Of a stretch of 64,000 nt of DNA, positions 1 to 16,129 are shown in pieces. Source of the stretch: the human T2T-CHM13v2.0 reference genome, Homo sapiens; the NCBI RefSeq assembly GCF_009914755.1, contig NC_060947.1; one strand, 5' to 3'. Below the pieces are notes generated by a model. The model searched no databases and was not told where the DNA came from. It saw only the letters and a program-made list of their open reading frames with translations. Position 1 is the first letter of the stretch. Each line of letters begins with the position of its first letter. Position numbers and translations under genes: made by a program.

Positions 1-1273
1 TTAAAATGCCTTAAAAGTTGTTCTGAATCAGATTTCCTGGGATGCCACTAAAAGTTCCTTACATAAAAATGGCTTATATTCTTATTAATAGCATTTATTG
101 AACATTTACTGAATGCCTACTATGTGCTCAGTACTATATTAAGTGCCAAGGGAACACTACAGTGAATCGGGTAAAATCCATGCCCTGTCCAGAGCAAACT
201 AGAAAAGATTAGACACATATAAAAGTCGACCATAATACAATAAGATAAGGGTTATAGGGTTATAGGAATGCTAGGAAAGATGATATTCATATAGGGAGAA
301 TCATGCAAAATTTCATCAATTAGGTATCATTTGGCTTTGGAGGATAAGTTTTTAACTTGGAAACAAATGTGTATATGTGTGTGTATCCTATCAGCCAATT
401 CCATTATCATAACTCCAAACATAGTATAGTTTCTTCTTAAAAATTATTAATGCAAAAAATTCTATTTCCAATTTGTCAGGGCCTAACAAGTTGGTGAACT
501 TGTTATTCATAGTAGAGGATTCAATTAACATGAGAGAAAGTCATCTTTAATTCTATTTTTGTTACTTCCTAAAAGGAAAGGATATGTCATTTAGGTTCAT
601 GAAAAATTCTCAGGTCTTTATATTTCAAAACTAATTCCAAATGGCATTCAAAATCATTTTCTTCTAAGGCTAAATGGCTCTTTATTTATTATTCACCCCA
701 ATCCCAAATAGCAAGAATCCCATGTTTTCCAGCAATTCTTTGATGACATTTTATTATAGCATAAATAGAAATATATGTAAATTATTCTTACAAATTGTTC
801 TCAACCTGAAGGTTCCATTTAGCCTCTGAGATCTTTAAAATAGGAAATGAAGCTTGTTACCACAAGCAAAGTGTTCTGAATCTCCCAAAACATAAACTGT
901 TCACTTTAAGGTCACTATGATCCCGCAATGAACAAAAAAGCAGCAGTTCACTTGTATTAGAAAAGGCTTAGTAAAAATGCCCTCTCTGTGATGCTTGGTT
1001 GGGCAGACACGTTTTGTTTCATCTGACATTTCTTGCAGAGTGACTCAAGAGCTATTCAGCAAATTGTTTCTGACTTGTCCTTAATGCCTGATTTTCTTTT
1101 ATTTAGCACCACAATTTACCATCTACTTGTAGGTCATAAGTAGTAGAAGACCAAGTATATACTAGACACATAATGGGTACTCAATAAATATTTGTTGATT
1201 TAATAAGCGACTGAGGATTTGTAACATGAAAATACACAGAATTCAGCAAATGTCTGCAAATTCAATTTTCTGA

Positions 1274-1646
<373 letters not shown>

Positions 1647-1872
1647 CACCTAAAGTATTTCTAAATATTTTTTAAAATCCACACTCTTTGCTGAAACATG
1701 TGAGACTTTTTCATAAGAAAGCCATATGACCAAGAAATATTTTAATATGATACTAGCATTTGTTTGGTGAAGCAGAAGAGTAAACTGAAGCTCATTTCAT
1801 TATTACATAAAATGTGATCTTTGTTAAATAAACTTCCTACTCATCCTGCAATTTTACCTTCTTTTTATAATT

Positions 1873-2096
1873 TAGTGGTTATCAACTGGGGAGATTTTGT
1901 CTCACAGAGGACATTTGGCAATGTTTAGACACATTTCTGATTGTCACAACAGGGGGTGTGGGAGAAGTGGTGCTACTGGCATCTAGTGGGTAGAGGAGGG
2001 GGATGCTGCTACACACCCTGCAACGCACAGAACAACTCCTAACAAAAGAGAATGATTTAGTCCAAAATGCCAATAGTCCCAAGGTAGAGAAAGCCT
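1873..2096. mobile_element. MER20 (hAT-Charlie)
   Basis: ggacatttggcaatg...tgctactggcatctagtgggtagagg...tccaaaatgccaatagt resembles the MER20 consensus. Confidence 0.8.
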
Positions 2097-3042
2097 ATTT
2101 TAAAAAAAGAAGCTGGCTGCAATAATCTCAAATTCATGATGGCTACATGGGTTTTCCAGACATGAAGAATGTTTATGCATAATTCCCAGAAACAAGAAAG
2201 GTATAAAAGGTGGTTGGGTCCTGCCAAGAAGTCCTGTAAAGCTAAGAAGAAAAAACAAAACAAAACAAAGTTTACAGAGAAAAGAGAATGGAAATAGGAT
2301 AAGATGGGCATTATTTCAGTAAAGATTGGCATAGAGGATATTGGAAGATCTAAGTTGTAGTCTCCAAGATTTCAGTTTATATTAAAATGGGTTTGACAAT
2401 GTATTTCCTACACAGGCATATTTTTACAATCCAATGAACGCACAATAATGATAGTAATACTACTACCATTACTATAAATAACAGTAACTACGATCTATTA
2501 AGGAACCATTACATGCCTTCCATACATTATTACTAATTATCACAATTATCATCAAAGTAAGCATCATTATTTCTATTCTGCAGAATTAACAGGCTCAGAG
2601 AATTTTTGGCAGCTGTTTAAAGTTGACAGGTGGTAATAATCAGAGTTAGTGTTAAAGATAAAACAGACTAGTAGCCACCATACTTCAAATATATCTTTAA
2701 GTAGTATGACCCAAATTCCAGGTTTTCTCAGGACTGCCCTGGTTTCTGCCTGATTTTCCTGTATAATTATTAATAGCACTCACTTTCTCTTAAAAGTGAT
2801 CACTCTTTATGAGATGATGGATTCTCTCTTTTCTCTTTAAACTGGAGAAATCCACATCAGGCAAATATAGAAACTTGCTGGCATTCTCAAAGCCCTTTGA
2901 CATGTATCTGAGCCATGTGTTTATTTGTCCATTTACTTATCCTTGTGTGGGAGCAGTTGACAACTGGTGGCCATTTGTGGGAAGGACTCACAGAAGATGC
3001 TATTTGGTTCTTGATATTTAAGCTACCTTAGGTGTTAATTAA

Positions 3043-3411
<369 letters not shown>

Positions 3412-3594
3412 TGATGAGTCCAAAGCTGTCTCATCAGGCTGTGGGAATCTGTAAACATCCAGCATGTTTACTTCTCTGAATGTTTTACCCTTTGCACAAA
3501 CCTGGAATGTCAGCAAACAAGCTGAATGCAGTAAGACTGGTAAAACCATTTGCGTATGAGTTGAGCAGAAGAATCGATACATAATTTACGGTGA

Positions 3595-4065
<471 letters not shown>

Positions 4066-4759
4066 TAATTACAATCATGACATTTAAAAAATTTCTCTAT
4101 TCTTTCAGATTAAATGACTTAAATTCTCTCTCATAAAGGGAGTGCCATGAAGAAAAGTCATTCCCTCTCCCTTGTGATCCTCCTATCCTCCAAGGCTCTC
4201 TCTTTCATGGGCATCAAAGCACCATGCAACGCAGGAAGCCATAATAAGAAACAGTGCTTACTCATGTTCAGATATCAAGGCTCTGACCCTTAACTCTACA
4301 TCTTCCTGCTTCTTCTGTGTGCTTTATTTTCCCCCTTTGTCTATTGAGCTAATGGCAAGAATCTTTATGCTAGACAAAATCTTTTTATTCTAAAGGAAAT
4401 TTAATTTCTGTATATGTCAAGCCCATATATTTCATATTCTATTCCCATCCAAGGGCCACACATTAAAACAATTGTGGTACTTGAAGACACATTAAGTTAT
4501 TTATGTGAAATTGCAAAGTGAAAATGCCACTTTTTTCTATTTGTGACAAGAGAGAAAAATAATATCATTTCCATCTTGGAACTCAAAGATTTCCCTCTGT
4601 TCTCAAGTAGGCTTTTACCTTAAAAGGACGCTGGGAAATAACTAAGGAGAACTAACAAATAGTGACTAATTGTCTTGGTGTTACACAGGATACCCTATTA
4701 TTTCCCAATGTTTATTTTTAAATAGAATCCATCACAATGCTTTTCAAAAAATAATATTT

Positions 4760-5049
4760 GGCCAGGTGTGGTGGTTCATGCCTATAATCCCAGCACTTCA
4801 GGAGGCTGAGGTGGGAGGACTGCTTGAGCCCAGGAGTTCAAGACCAGCCTGGGCAACACGGTGAGACCCCCGTCTCTACAAACAATACAAATTTAAAAAT
4901 TAGCTGGGCGTGGTGGTGCATACCTGTGGTCCTAGCTACTTGGGAGCCTGAGGTAAAAGAGCAAGGCTGCAGTGAGCTGTGATAGTGCCACTGCACTCTA
5001 GCCTGGGGGACAGAGAGAGACCCTGTCTCAAAAAAAAAAAAAAAAAAGA
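4760..5049 (+). mobile_element. AluJ with an internal right-arm deletion
   Basis: gaggactgcttgagcccaggagttc and gcctgggcaaca are J-type; poly-A tail present. Confidence 0.9.
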
Positions 5050-5602
5050 ATAATAGTAACATTTATTGTGAACTTAGAAATCTGTGGTAAATACAAACAT
5101 ATATATATATACATACACACACATAACATTAACAAGTGTTTTAAAATATAGTCATTATGAATAATAGAAAACATTTTTGTTATCTAGGTTTTGAATATGC
5201 AAAATACAGAAGTCTCATGTATGTTTATGAGCGATGTAAGTCATTATAATAACTGAGTCGTATATATTAAGTATTTGTTGTCCATATTATCTGGCTTAGC
5301 CCTGTTTCACTTCCATACTACCTCCTAACGCTTGTGATAAATAGTGTTCTGATTCAGGCTTGATGGTTTTTCACCTGAGCCCACTCCAGTGCATCTGGCT
5401 CCGAGGCCATCATTTCCCATCCATTCTTTCTGCTATGACTTTGTTCATGCTACAGAGCACAATATCAAACTCATTGTAGATAGTCCTACAGGCAGTCCCT
5501 ATGCTCTTCCATGTCCATGGTCAGTCCTCATTTCATCTATGGAAAGACCATGGAATTTATAATAATTCCTGTTGTTCTCTAGCCTCCTAGTCTGATTAGG
5601 AG

Positions 5603-5810
5603 CAGGGCCAGGCAAAGTTGGCTTACAGACCGAATCTGGCCTACCACCTGTTTTGTAAATAAAGTTTTACTGGAACACAGCCACACTCATTTATTTACAT
5701 ATTGTCTACAGCTATTTTCACTACAAAAGCAGAATTGAGTAGTTATGACAGAGGCCTTGTGGCCCACAAAGGCTAAACTATTTAATATCTGGCCCCTTAA
5801 AAAAATGATG
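5603..5810. mobile_element. MER58A
   Basis: gttttgtaaataaagttttactggaacacagccacactcatt...tggcccacaaaggctaaa matches MER58. Confidence 0.82.
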
Positions 5811-6739
5811 TTGACTAGGGCACTGAGTTTTTAAGACAGCTCAGCCAGGAATTAATAACTTTGTCAAATCCAGTTACAAATAGAGCTTTTCAATCACATC
5901 CATAAGTTATATCTGCAGACTAGAGAATCATAAATTTAGTCTTAAACTTATAGATAACTGGGAAAAGTTAAGCTGACTTTACTGATTTTCCTCTTCTATT
6001 GCCTCTCTATCCTAGGTACCTACTCTGCAGCCCAAATAGAACATTTCTTCCTTGGCAGGAGCACAGAGTTTTATAATAGCCCTTTGATTGCCTTTAGTCC
6101 TTTGAATAGTTCTATTGTTATCATCTAACATATATATTGTTCAATAAGAATGTTTTAATTGAATTAATAAATGAAAAAATGTGGATCAGCATTTTCAAAG
6201 CTATGTTTTGCAGAATGCTTGCTATCTTTGAAATGTGTTCCACGAAAAGGATGGTCTATCTAAAAAACAAAAAAATCTATAGTCAAATAAGTTTGGGAAA
6301 TAATGACACACACTATTTATTTTCAGGAACACCATAGTTCACATAGGTGTATTAAAGTTTTGGAGAAAGGGAGGGTGACATCAACAAAACGGCACAGTAG
6401 ACAGCTCAAGCTCTCAAAAAGAGTAGAAACTGTCAGAACCAATTTTGTCAGAACTCTGGAAAACAGTCAAAAGTTTACAGCAACCAAATGTCCACAAAAT
6501 CAAGAAAAAGGTAACTTCGAAATGGTAGGAAAGTTTTGTGGTATTCCCACTTGCCCTTGTCCCATTCCCTCCCTAGTATGGCAGTAGTTTTGGTTTAAAA
6601 TTGGTAGCAGCCTACACTCCTAGTATGGGGCCCTGGTCCCTTGATCTGGAAGGAGTAGACCAAACCTTATTCACAAATTATTTTGTGTGTCTGTTCTAAC
6701 CTTTCTATAGGCTACCAGAAGGACAAATGCAAGGAGTTT

Positions 6740-7123
6740 ATATTTGTTTTCTAGGGCTACCATAACAAAATACCACAGACTGAGTGGTTTAAACAACAGA
6801 AATGTACTTTCTCACAGTTCTGAAGGCCAGAAGTCCAAAATCCAGATGTTGACAGGTTTGCTTTCTTTTGAGACTTCTCTCCCTGGCTTGTAGATATCTG
6901 CCTTCTCACTGCATTTTCACATGGTCGTTCCTCTGTGTAAACACATCCCTGGTGTCTCTTTTCTCCTTTTCTCATAAGGACACCAGTCATATCAGATTAG
7001 GGGCCAACCCTCACTTAAACTTAACTAACCCTTTATAGACCTTATCTCCAAATATGGTTACATTTTGAGGTACTGAGGGTTAAGGCATATGAATGTGGGG
7101 GGGACACAATTCAGCCTATGACA
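6740..7123 (-). mobile_element. MLT1B-like MaLR solo LTR nested in the L1 5'UTR
   Basis: gctaccataacaaaataccacagactgagtggtttaaacaacagaaat...ggggacacaattcagcctatgaca. Confidence 0.85.
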
Positions 7124-8926
7124 ATGCTCATCTCTGTTTTTACCTAACTCAGGATGGAAAGGCAGTGAGTATTAATTAAAAAAATACTGCAAGTCAAACT
7201 AAAAATCTTAAAGGGCAAAATATTACAATTGAAATATACAATAGACCATCTAAAAGCTTGGAAGTGAAACTTAGAGTTTCTTAGGGAAATTAGGACATTC
7301 AAAATCGACCATGCATATGGCAAATTTAGAAAGCCACTGCATTTTCAGGGAAATATGTGTGCTCAGAAAAGACCCGAGCAAACCCTTAGCTTTCACCTTG
7401 GGCTGATCCCTAGATTCAGTTCAAGCCCAGCTAGTTGTTGAAGGGCTCTGGCATAGAGCCAATCTGCAAAGACTGGGAGAGTTATGTTTTGTTTGCTTGG
7501 TTGGTTGGTTGGTTGATTGGTTGCTTTGTATTTTGGCCCCAGATACTCAAGAAAATCTCTCATAAAATTCTAGTTGAACACAGGCTGAGAAACAAAGACT
7601 ATAGTGACCACACATGAGAAGGAATATTACAGTCTTCGCAGAAATAGTTTTGGAAAGTCACTAAGCAAATGGCCTACTATACCCTTCAACAGTCAAAACA
7701 TTCAGCAAATTCTAGAGAAGGTAGATAATTTTCAGTTACTACAGTATGATAAATATACAGTTTTCAACAAAAATCACAATGCATAAAAAGTAACAAGAAA
7801 GTATTGGCCAATTCAAAGGAACAAAATAAATTGATAGAAATTATCCCTGAGGAAGTTCAGACACTGGGCTTACTAAACAAGGACTTTAAAACAACTGTCT
7901 TAAATATGCTCAAAGATCTAAAGGAAAACAAAGACAAAGAATGAAAGGAAATCAGGAATATTATGTAGGAATAAAATGAGAATATCAATAAAGAAATATA
8001 AATTGTAAAAAAAATTCTGTATCTGAAAGGTAAAACAGAAATTGAAAATTCACTAGGGTAGTTTAACAGTAGGTTTGAGCAGGCAGAAGAAAGAATCAGT
8101 TAATGAAGATAGGAAAACTGAAATTGTCAATTCTGAGGAGCAGAAAGAAAAAAGAATAAGTGAAAGTAAACAGAGCCTAGGATACCAATGGGAACCCATC
8201 AAATAGACCAATATACACATTCTAGAAGTTCCAGAAGAATAAAGAGTGGAAAGAATATATGAATAAAAAAATTTTGAGAAATAACAGTTCCCACATTTTA
8301 TGAAATATGTAAATCTACAAATCCAAGAAGCACAATAAGTTCCAAGTAGGGTAAACCCAAAGAGATCCACACTGAGACATATTATAATCAAACTGTCGAA
8401 AGCCAAAAACAATGAGGACACTGTAATAACAGCAAGAGAAAAACAACTCATTACATACATGGGATCCCTAGTAAGACTATCAACTGGTTTCTCAGTGGAA
8501 ACCATAAGGGCCAGAAGACAATGGGATGATATATTTAAAGTGCTGAGAGAAAAAAAAAAACTGTAACTGAAAGTTTATATCCAGCAAAACTGTCCTCAAC
8601 AAATGAGGGAGAAATTAAGACATTACTAGACCAGCAAAAGCTGAGGGAGTTCATTACCACTTGGCCTACGAGAAATGATAAAGGGAGTCCTTCAAGCTGA
8701 AATAAAAGGATGCTAAACAGTAAGTAGAAGTCTTATGAATAAATAAAGATCTCCAGTAAAGGTAAATGTATGGGCAAATGTAAAAACACTATTATTGTAT
8801 TTGGAGTTTATAACTGCACTTTTATGTCCTACAGGACTTGGAAAGACAAATGCATAAAAAATTATTAGTTGATTTTATTGTGCATTCAATAAAAAGATAT
8901 AATCTGCAACAACAAAAACATAAAGG

Positions 8927-9049
8927 AGAGAGAATGGTGTTGTATAAGAGTGGAGCTATCGTATGTTATTGAAGTTAAGTTGGTATCAGAGAGAATGGTG
9001 TTGTATAAGAGTGGAGCTATCATATGTTATTGAAGTTAAGTTGGTATCA
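8927..9049 (+). repeat. 61-bp tandem duplication (2 copies, 1 mismatch)
   Basis: agagagaatggtgttgtataagagtggagctatcRtatgttattgaagttaagttggtatc twice. Confidence 0.95.
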
Positions 9050-9135
9050 TTTCTGACTAGGTTGTTATAAATCTAGGTTGTTAAATGTAATTCCCATGGT
9101 AATCACAAAGAAAATATGTGAAAAGTTAACACAAA

Positions 9136-9284
9136 AGGAAATGAAAAGAAAATCCAAATGGTTCACTACAAAAAACATCAACTAAACATAAAAGAGGTCA
9201 TAATAGAGGAAATGAAAGAAAATCCAAATGGTTCACTACAAAAAAAATCAACTAAACATAAAAGAGGTCATAATAGAGGAAATG
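9136..9284 (+). repeat. 70-bp tandem duplication (2 near-identical copies)
   Basis: aatccaaatggttcactacaaaaaa.atcaactaaacataaaagaggtcataatagaggaaatg at 9151 and 9221. Confidence 0.95.
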
Positions 9285-10739
9285 TAGGACATAAAAAGCT
9301 ATGAGATATTCAAAAAACAAAATGATAGAAGTAAGTCCTTGCTTATCAGTAATTACTTTAAATGTAAATGGATTAAACACCCTAATCAAAAGACATATAC
9401 TGGCAGAATGGATAAAACAAACCATGATTCAACTATATGCTATCTACAAGAGACTCACTTTAGTTTCAAAGTCACAAGTAGGCTAACAGCAGAAGAATTG
9501 AAAAAGATATTCCATGAAATAGTAACCAAAAGAAAGCTGAGGTGGTATACTAATGTTAGACAAAATAGATTTTAAGTCAAAAATTGTTAAAAGAGACAAA
9601 GAATGACATTATATATGGAGAGAGATCTCTAAAGATGTTCTATTTATTATTAAAAATGGTATGTTGAAGTCTCCAACTATTACTGTAGAAATGTTTATTT
9701 CTCTCATCATTTTTGTCAATATCTGCTTTATATATTTTGGAGCTCTGGTGCATATGTGTTTAGAATTATTATATCTTAATGAGTTGACCATTTTATCAAT
9801 ATATAATATAATTGTTTTCAGGCCACTAAACAAGCCTCAGTAAGTTTTAAAGTATTAAAATAATAAAATGTATCTTTTCCCACTATAGTGGAATGAAGCT
9901 AAAATCAATAACAGAAGAAAAACTGGAAAATTCAGAAATATTTGGAAATAATACCATCTTAATAAATCAAAGAAGAAATCACAAGGGACATAAGAGGTGA
10001 ATGAAAACAAAAACACAACGTACCAAAACTTATGGGATACAGTGAAGGCAGTGCTTAGAGGAAAATGTATAATATAAATGCCTACACTTAAAAGAAGAAC
10101 AATCTCAAATCAACATAAATTTACACCTTGAAGAACTAGAATAAGAAGAGCAAACTAAACCCAAAGTTATCAGAGAAAGTAAATAATAAAGATTAGAGGG
10201 GAGGAAGACAGAGAATAGAAAAAGAGTTGCAGAATAAACGAAACCAGAAGTTTGTTCTTTCAAATATCAGCCAAATTGATAAACATTTACCTAGACTGAC
10301 GAAGAAAAAAAGAGGACTCAACCAAAATCAGAAATGAAAATGGAGTCATTGCTATTGACCTTACAGAAATAAAAAGAACTTTAAGAGAAGATTACGAATA
10401 ATTTAGATAACCTAGATGAAATGAACAAATAAGTAAAAACACACAATTTACCTACACTGATTGAAGATGAAATTAAAAATCTCAACAAACATATAACAAG
10501 TAAAGAGATTGAATCAGCAATCAGAAACCTCACAACAAAGAAAAGTTCAAGACCAGATGGCTTCACTGGTGAATTCTAGCACACATTTTAAAGAAAAATT
10601 AACATGAATCTTCAAACTCTTCTAAGAAGTAGGCAAGGAGGAAACACTTGTTAACTCATTCTATGAGTCCAGCATTACTCTAATACCAAAGTCAGATAAA
10701 ATCACCACAAGAAAAGAAAATCACAGACCAATATCCCTT

Positions 10740-11388
10740 TGTAGTGAGTGCTTGTAATTGTATGTTGTCTTGGCATCCATTTTATATGTAAGTTTAACTC
10801 TCTCATGCCAGAAACAGGGCTCAGTCACCCTTGACATAGTCTCATATTCTTCTTCCCACCTGAATGGTAGCCAGAGGTAAAACTTAGAGGCATCTCTCCT
10901 GCCTAGCAGGGAGGACTCCCTGCTTTCCTGCTACGTCCTTTAAAGAGACCATTCAGACATTTGCCTGCAAACTTAAAGTGATCACCTCTCAGTTACAAAA
11001 TGACCACTTGAAACGATTACCTGCTCACTTTAAAACCACCAATTAAAGCCCCCCAGTGGGAAGCCTGTTTAGATAACACCCTAGACTGAATAAAAGCATT
11101 GGCCCATGGGTCCCTTCTCTCTCTCTCTGCCTGTGCACCCTGACCTCTACATGTGTGCAGTCTCTGGGCATGCTGTGTACCCTCCAGGGTACATAAGTAG
11201 TAAAAACTCTTAAACTTTCACGTTGTGGTTGTGTCATTAAAGCTGTTCTTGCAATCTGACCCCTGACAGTGAGGCAGCCCCAAAGCGTACAGATGTGGAT
11301 TGCCTCTGCTGGTGCTCTTTTGTCCAAGTCTCTTAGCTGCTGGGGGACAGTAGTTAACAGCTAGGTTGATAGAGTTTCATTCAAAACA
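10740..11388. mobile_element. Solo LTR (649 bp, probably ERVL class) nested in L1 ORF2
   Basis: TG...CA termini, 5-bp TSD ccctt (10735-10739, 11389-11393); removing it restores the L1 sequence agaccaatatcccttatgaa. Confidence 0.88.
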
Positions 11389-12612
11389 CCCTTATGAAGA
11401 TGTATTTAAAAATCCTTGACAAAATATTAGCAAACCATATCCAACAGCACAGTAAAAGGATTACACATCATGACCAATTGAGATTTATTCCAGAAATGCA
11501 AAGATGGTTCAATATAAGGAAACAAATTAAAGTAATATACCACATTAATAGAATGAAGGAGAAAAACACACGATCACCTCAACTGATGCAGAAAAGGCAT
11601 TTGGCAAAATTCCAACATCCTTTAATGATTTTTAAAAACACTCAGAAAACTAGAAATAGAAGAACACTTCCTCAATATGATAAAGGGAATTTATTAAAAC
11701 TCACAATTAACAACATGATCCAACTATAGGCCATCTACAACAGGCATACTGAAGGGTGAAAGATTGAAAGCTTTTCCTTCTAAGAAGATCAGAAATAAGA
11801 CAATACCTGCCTTCACCACTGCTATTTGGCATTGTATTGGAAGTTTTATCCAGAGCAATTAGACAAGAAAAATAAATGAAAGGCATCCAAACTTGAAAGG
11901 AGGAAGTATATCTTTACTCACAAATGACACAGTCCTACGTATAGAAAACCCCAAAGAATCCAAAAGAAAATTACTAGAGCTAATAAATTCAGTGAAGTTG
12001 TAGCATACAAAATGAACACACAAAAATCAGTTGTTTCTGTACACCTGCAATAAACAATTTGACAAGAAAGTTAGAAAAAAAGCACCTCCATTTATAATAG
12101 TATGTAAAAGAATAAAATACCTAAAAATAAGTTAACCAAACATGTGAAAGTTTTGTACACTGAAAACTACAAAACATTGCTGAAAAAATCAAAGAAGACC
12201 TAAATAAATGGAAAAACATCCCTTATTAAGTCATGAGTAGGAAGACAATATATTTAAGGTGTCAATACTACCCAAAGTTATCTACAGATTCAATGCAATC
12301 CCTATCAAAATTCCAACAGCCTTTTTTGGCAGAAGTGGAAAACTCAATCCTCAACTTCATATTAAATTGCAAGGGGCCCTGAATAGTCAAAATAACCTTG
12401 AAAATGAAGAACAAAGCGGAAGGACTCACAATTCCTAACTTCAAAACTTAATACAAAACCACATTATCAAAACAGTGTCATACTGGCATAAGGATAAATA
12501 TGTTGACCAATAGAATAAAATTGATAGTTCAGAAATAAACCCACACACCTATGGCCAGTTGATTTTGATAGGGTTGGCAAGTCCATTTAATGAGGAAAAA
12601 CCAGTCTCCTCA

Positions 12613-13039
<427 letters not shown>

Positions 13040-13046
13040 TTACCTA

Positions 13047-13532
<486 letters not shown>

Positions 13533-14727
13533 TCAAAGGACATTATGAAGAAAGTGAAAAAACAATAAAGAAAATATTTGTAAATCATGTCTGAGGAGGG
13601 TTTAATATCCAGAACATGTAAAGAACTACAATTCAATAAAATGACAAAATACCCAATTCAAAAATGGGTAAAGGGCTTGAAGAGATATTTATCCAAAGAA
13701 AATATACAAATAGCCAGTAAGTACATGAAAAGATGCTCAATGTCATTACTCATTAGGGGAATGTAAATCAAAACCACAATGATATACCATTTCACACCTC
13801 CTAAGATGGCAATAATTTTAAAAAATGGAAAATAAGTGTTGACACAGATGTGGAGAAATTGGAACTCTCACACATTGCTTGTGACAAAATGGTGCAGATG
13901 CTATGGTAAACAGTTTGGCAGTTCTTCAAAATGCTAAACGTGAAATTATCTTATGACCCAGCAATTCCACTTCTTAGTATATATCCAAAAGAATTAAAAG
14001 CAGGGACTCAAACCTACTTGTGTGTAAATATTCATTGCAGCATTATTCATAATAGTCAAAAAGATGAGAACAATCTGAAGTGTTCATTAACAGATGAATA
14101 ATGTTTTATACATACATACAATGGAATATTTTTCCACCATGAAAAGGAAAGAAATTCTGATACATGCTACAACATGGATGAACCTTGAAAATATTATGCT
14201 ATAAAAGAAATCAGTCACAAAGGACAAATATTATACGGTTCCACTTACATTAAATATCCTAAATAGAGAAATTCATAGGGACATAAAGTAGATTAGAGGT
14301 TACCAGAAGTGGCAGGGAGGGGAAAGGAAAAGTTATCTCTTAATGGTTACAGAGTTGTTATTTGGTGTGATTGAAAAGTTTTGGAAACAGACTGGTAATG
14401 GTTGCACAATATTGTGAATGCAGTTAATGCCACTGAATATAGTTTAAATATATATTTATATAAAACAAATAACATGTGTTATAATACATAATACACACAC
14501 ATATGTATATAAAACACCACGATTTAAAAACAATAAAATGCTTTGGGAAAATCTACATTAAAGAAACTACATAACTATTCAACAGTGCTTTCCAAACTTG
14601 TTTGACCTTGGAAGTTTTAAAAATGGACTACAGTTAACATTTCCAAGGACATTTATGAAAGATAGAAACAAAGTACAAGTGATCATAATTTTGAAAGGGA
14701 GAAAGATGGTCTGCAGTAACAAGTCCC

Positions 14728-14849
14728 CCTTGTTAAAGTGCAGACTGCTTCAGCAGGGCTCAGATGGGGCCTGAGATTTGGCATTTCCAACAAACTCCTA
14801 GGTGATGCTGATGCTGCTGGTCCTCAGCCCACAGTTTGAGTAGCAGGGG
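14728..14849. mobile_element. MER5-family fragment
   Basis: ggggcctgagatttggcatttccaacaaactcctaggtgatgctgatgctgctggtcc. Confidence 0.75.
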
Positions 14850-15234
14850 ATATAATAGTACTATATATGAAGAATAGCACTATTCTTCATGATCCTGTTC
14901 CCTACCATAGCCAATTTGATCAACTGATCTGAAAGCAAAGATGTTAATGGATAATAATCAATAATTTATTATGTCTCCAATGTAGCATAGTTATAATTTT
15001 ACATGGGTTTCTAAGACAAATACCTTATTCCAAAGAAGATACTCTGAGAAAGTGATATATAGCAACAAAGAAGATCAATATGGGATGGGGATTGTCATAC
15101 TTGGTGCTGGGGGCAGATGAGGTGGAATTATTTTTTCAAATACATTTAAAGTATGCCAGATCTATATCTTACTTCCATTTATATTTGGATTGCATACTTG
15201 AATTATGGCCAGGTCACTCTTTCTCATAAGAATA

Positions 15235-15340
15235 AGAGAAAAAGGAAAAATGAGAGCAAGAGAGAAAGGGAAGGGGGGAGCAGGAAGAAGAGGGAAGAAG
15301 GGAAATAGGAGACAAGGAAGGAACGAAGGATAGGAATGAT
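15235..15340 (+). repeat. GA-rich low-complexity tract
   Basis: About 100 nt that is almost entirely purine. Confidence 0.8.
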
Positions 15341-16129
15341 AGTGCCATGAAAAACTAGATGTTTACATAATTCTTTTCAACAGTCAGATTCTCATTCAAC
15401 TCATTTTTGAATATCATCACTTTGCTGATAAATCAATTAGATGGGGTTAACTAGTGTAAAATGTTTCCTTCTGTAGTTTACAGAGCACATTCATTCACTG
15501 GTGATCACATCTAAGAACATGTCCCTGTCAATCAGAACACCTGAGCAGACTATTGTGCTAAATGCAGATGAAAGGTTGTGCTGACACATGCTAGGATAAC
15601 TCCTAAAAGTGGGGAAAAAAACAGTTATCTACAATTCAACCCAAAGAACTTGCAGGTCAACTTCCATATTTAGGTAGCTTATATCACTAGGATAATTGTA
15701 TTGGCCTCAGGCATTTTACCCCTGCAGTTAAGAAAAATATCCTTAAAGTTAGGCAATTTCTGCCTCTTATAAACTCTGCGACCTTGAGAAAATTAATGAT
15801 CTTTATGCCTCAATTTTTCTTATCTGAGAAATGGAGGTGATGATAATTATTGAAGAATGAAATAATACATTCACTGGCACACAGCAAGGTTCAAATATAT
15901 GTCAGTTCTTAGTATATGCGTGTGCTAATCCCTCATCAAAAAACTTTTTTTCTTTCTAAGGTTTTATATAGAAATGCAAATGAACCTTGAAGCAAAAAAA
16001 AAATGCCCAAAATTGAAAAAGTCAGATGTAAAGGATTAAGAAAGGTACAAACCAATGTAAAATACCATGGTTAGCAGGCCAGGAGGGCAACAGGATATTA
16101 TGAAATGAGGGAAGTGCAACAAAAAGGTT

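Noticed and set aside
8053-11729. ORFs with endonuclease- and reverse transcriptase-like peptides
   Set aside because: Broken remnants of a dead L1; no intact ORF1 or ORF2, and no novel RT system.
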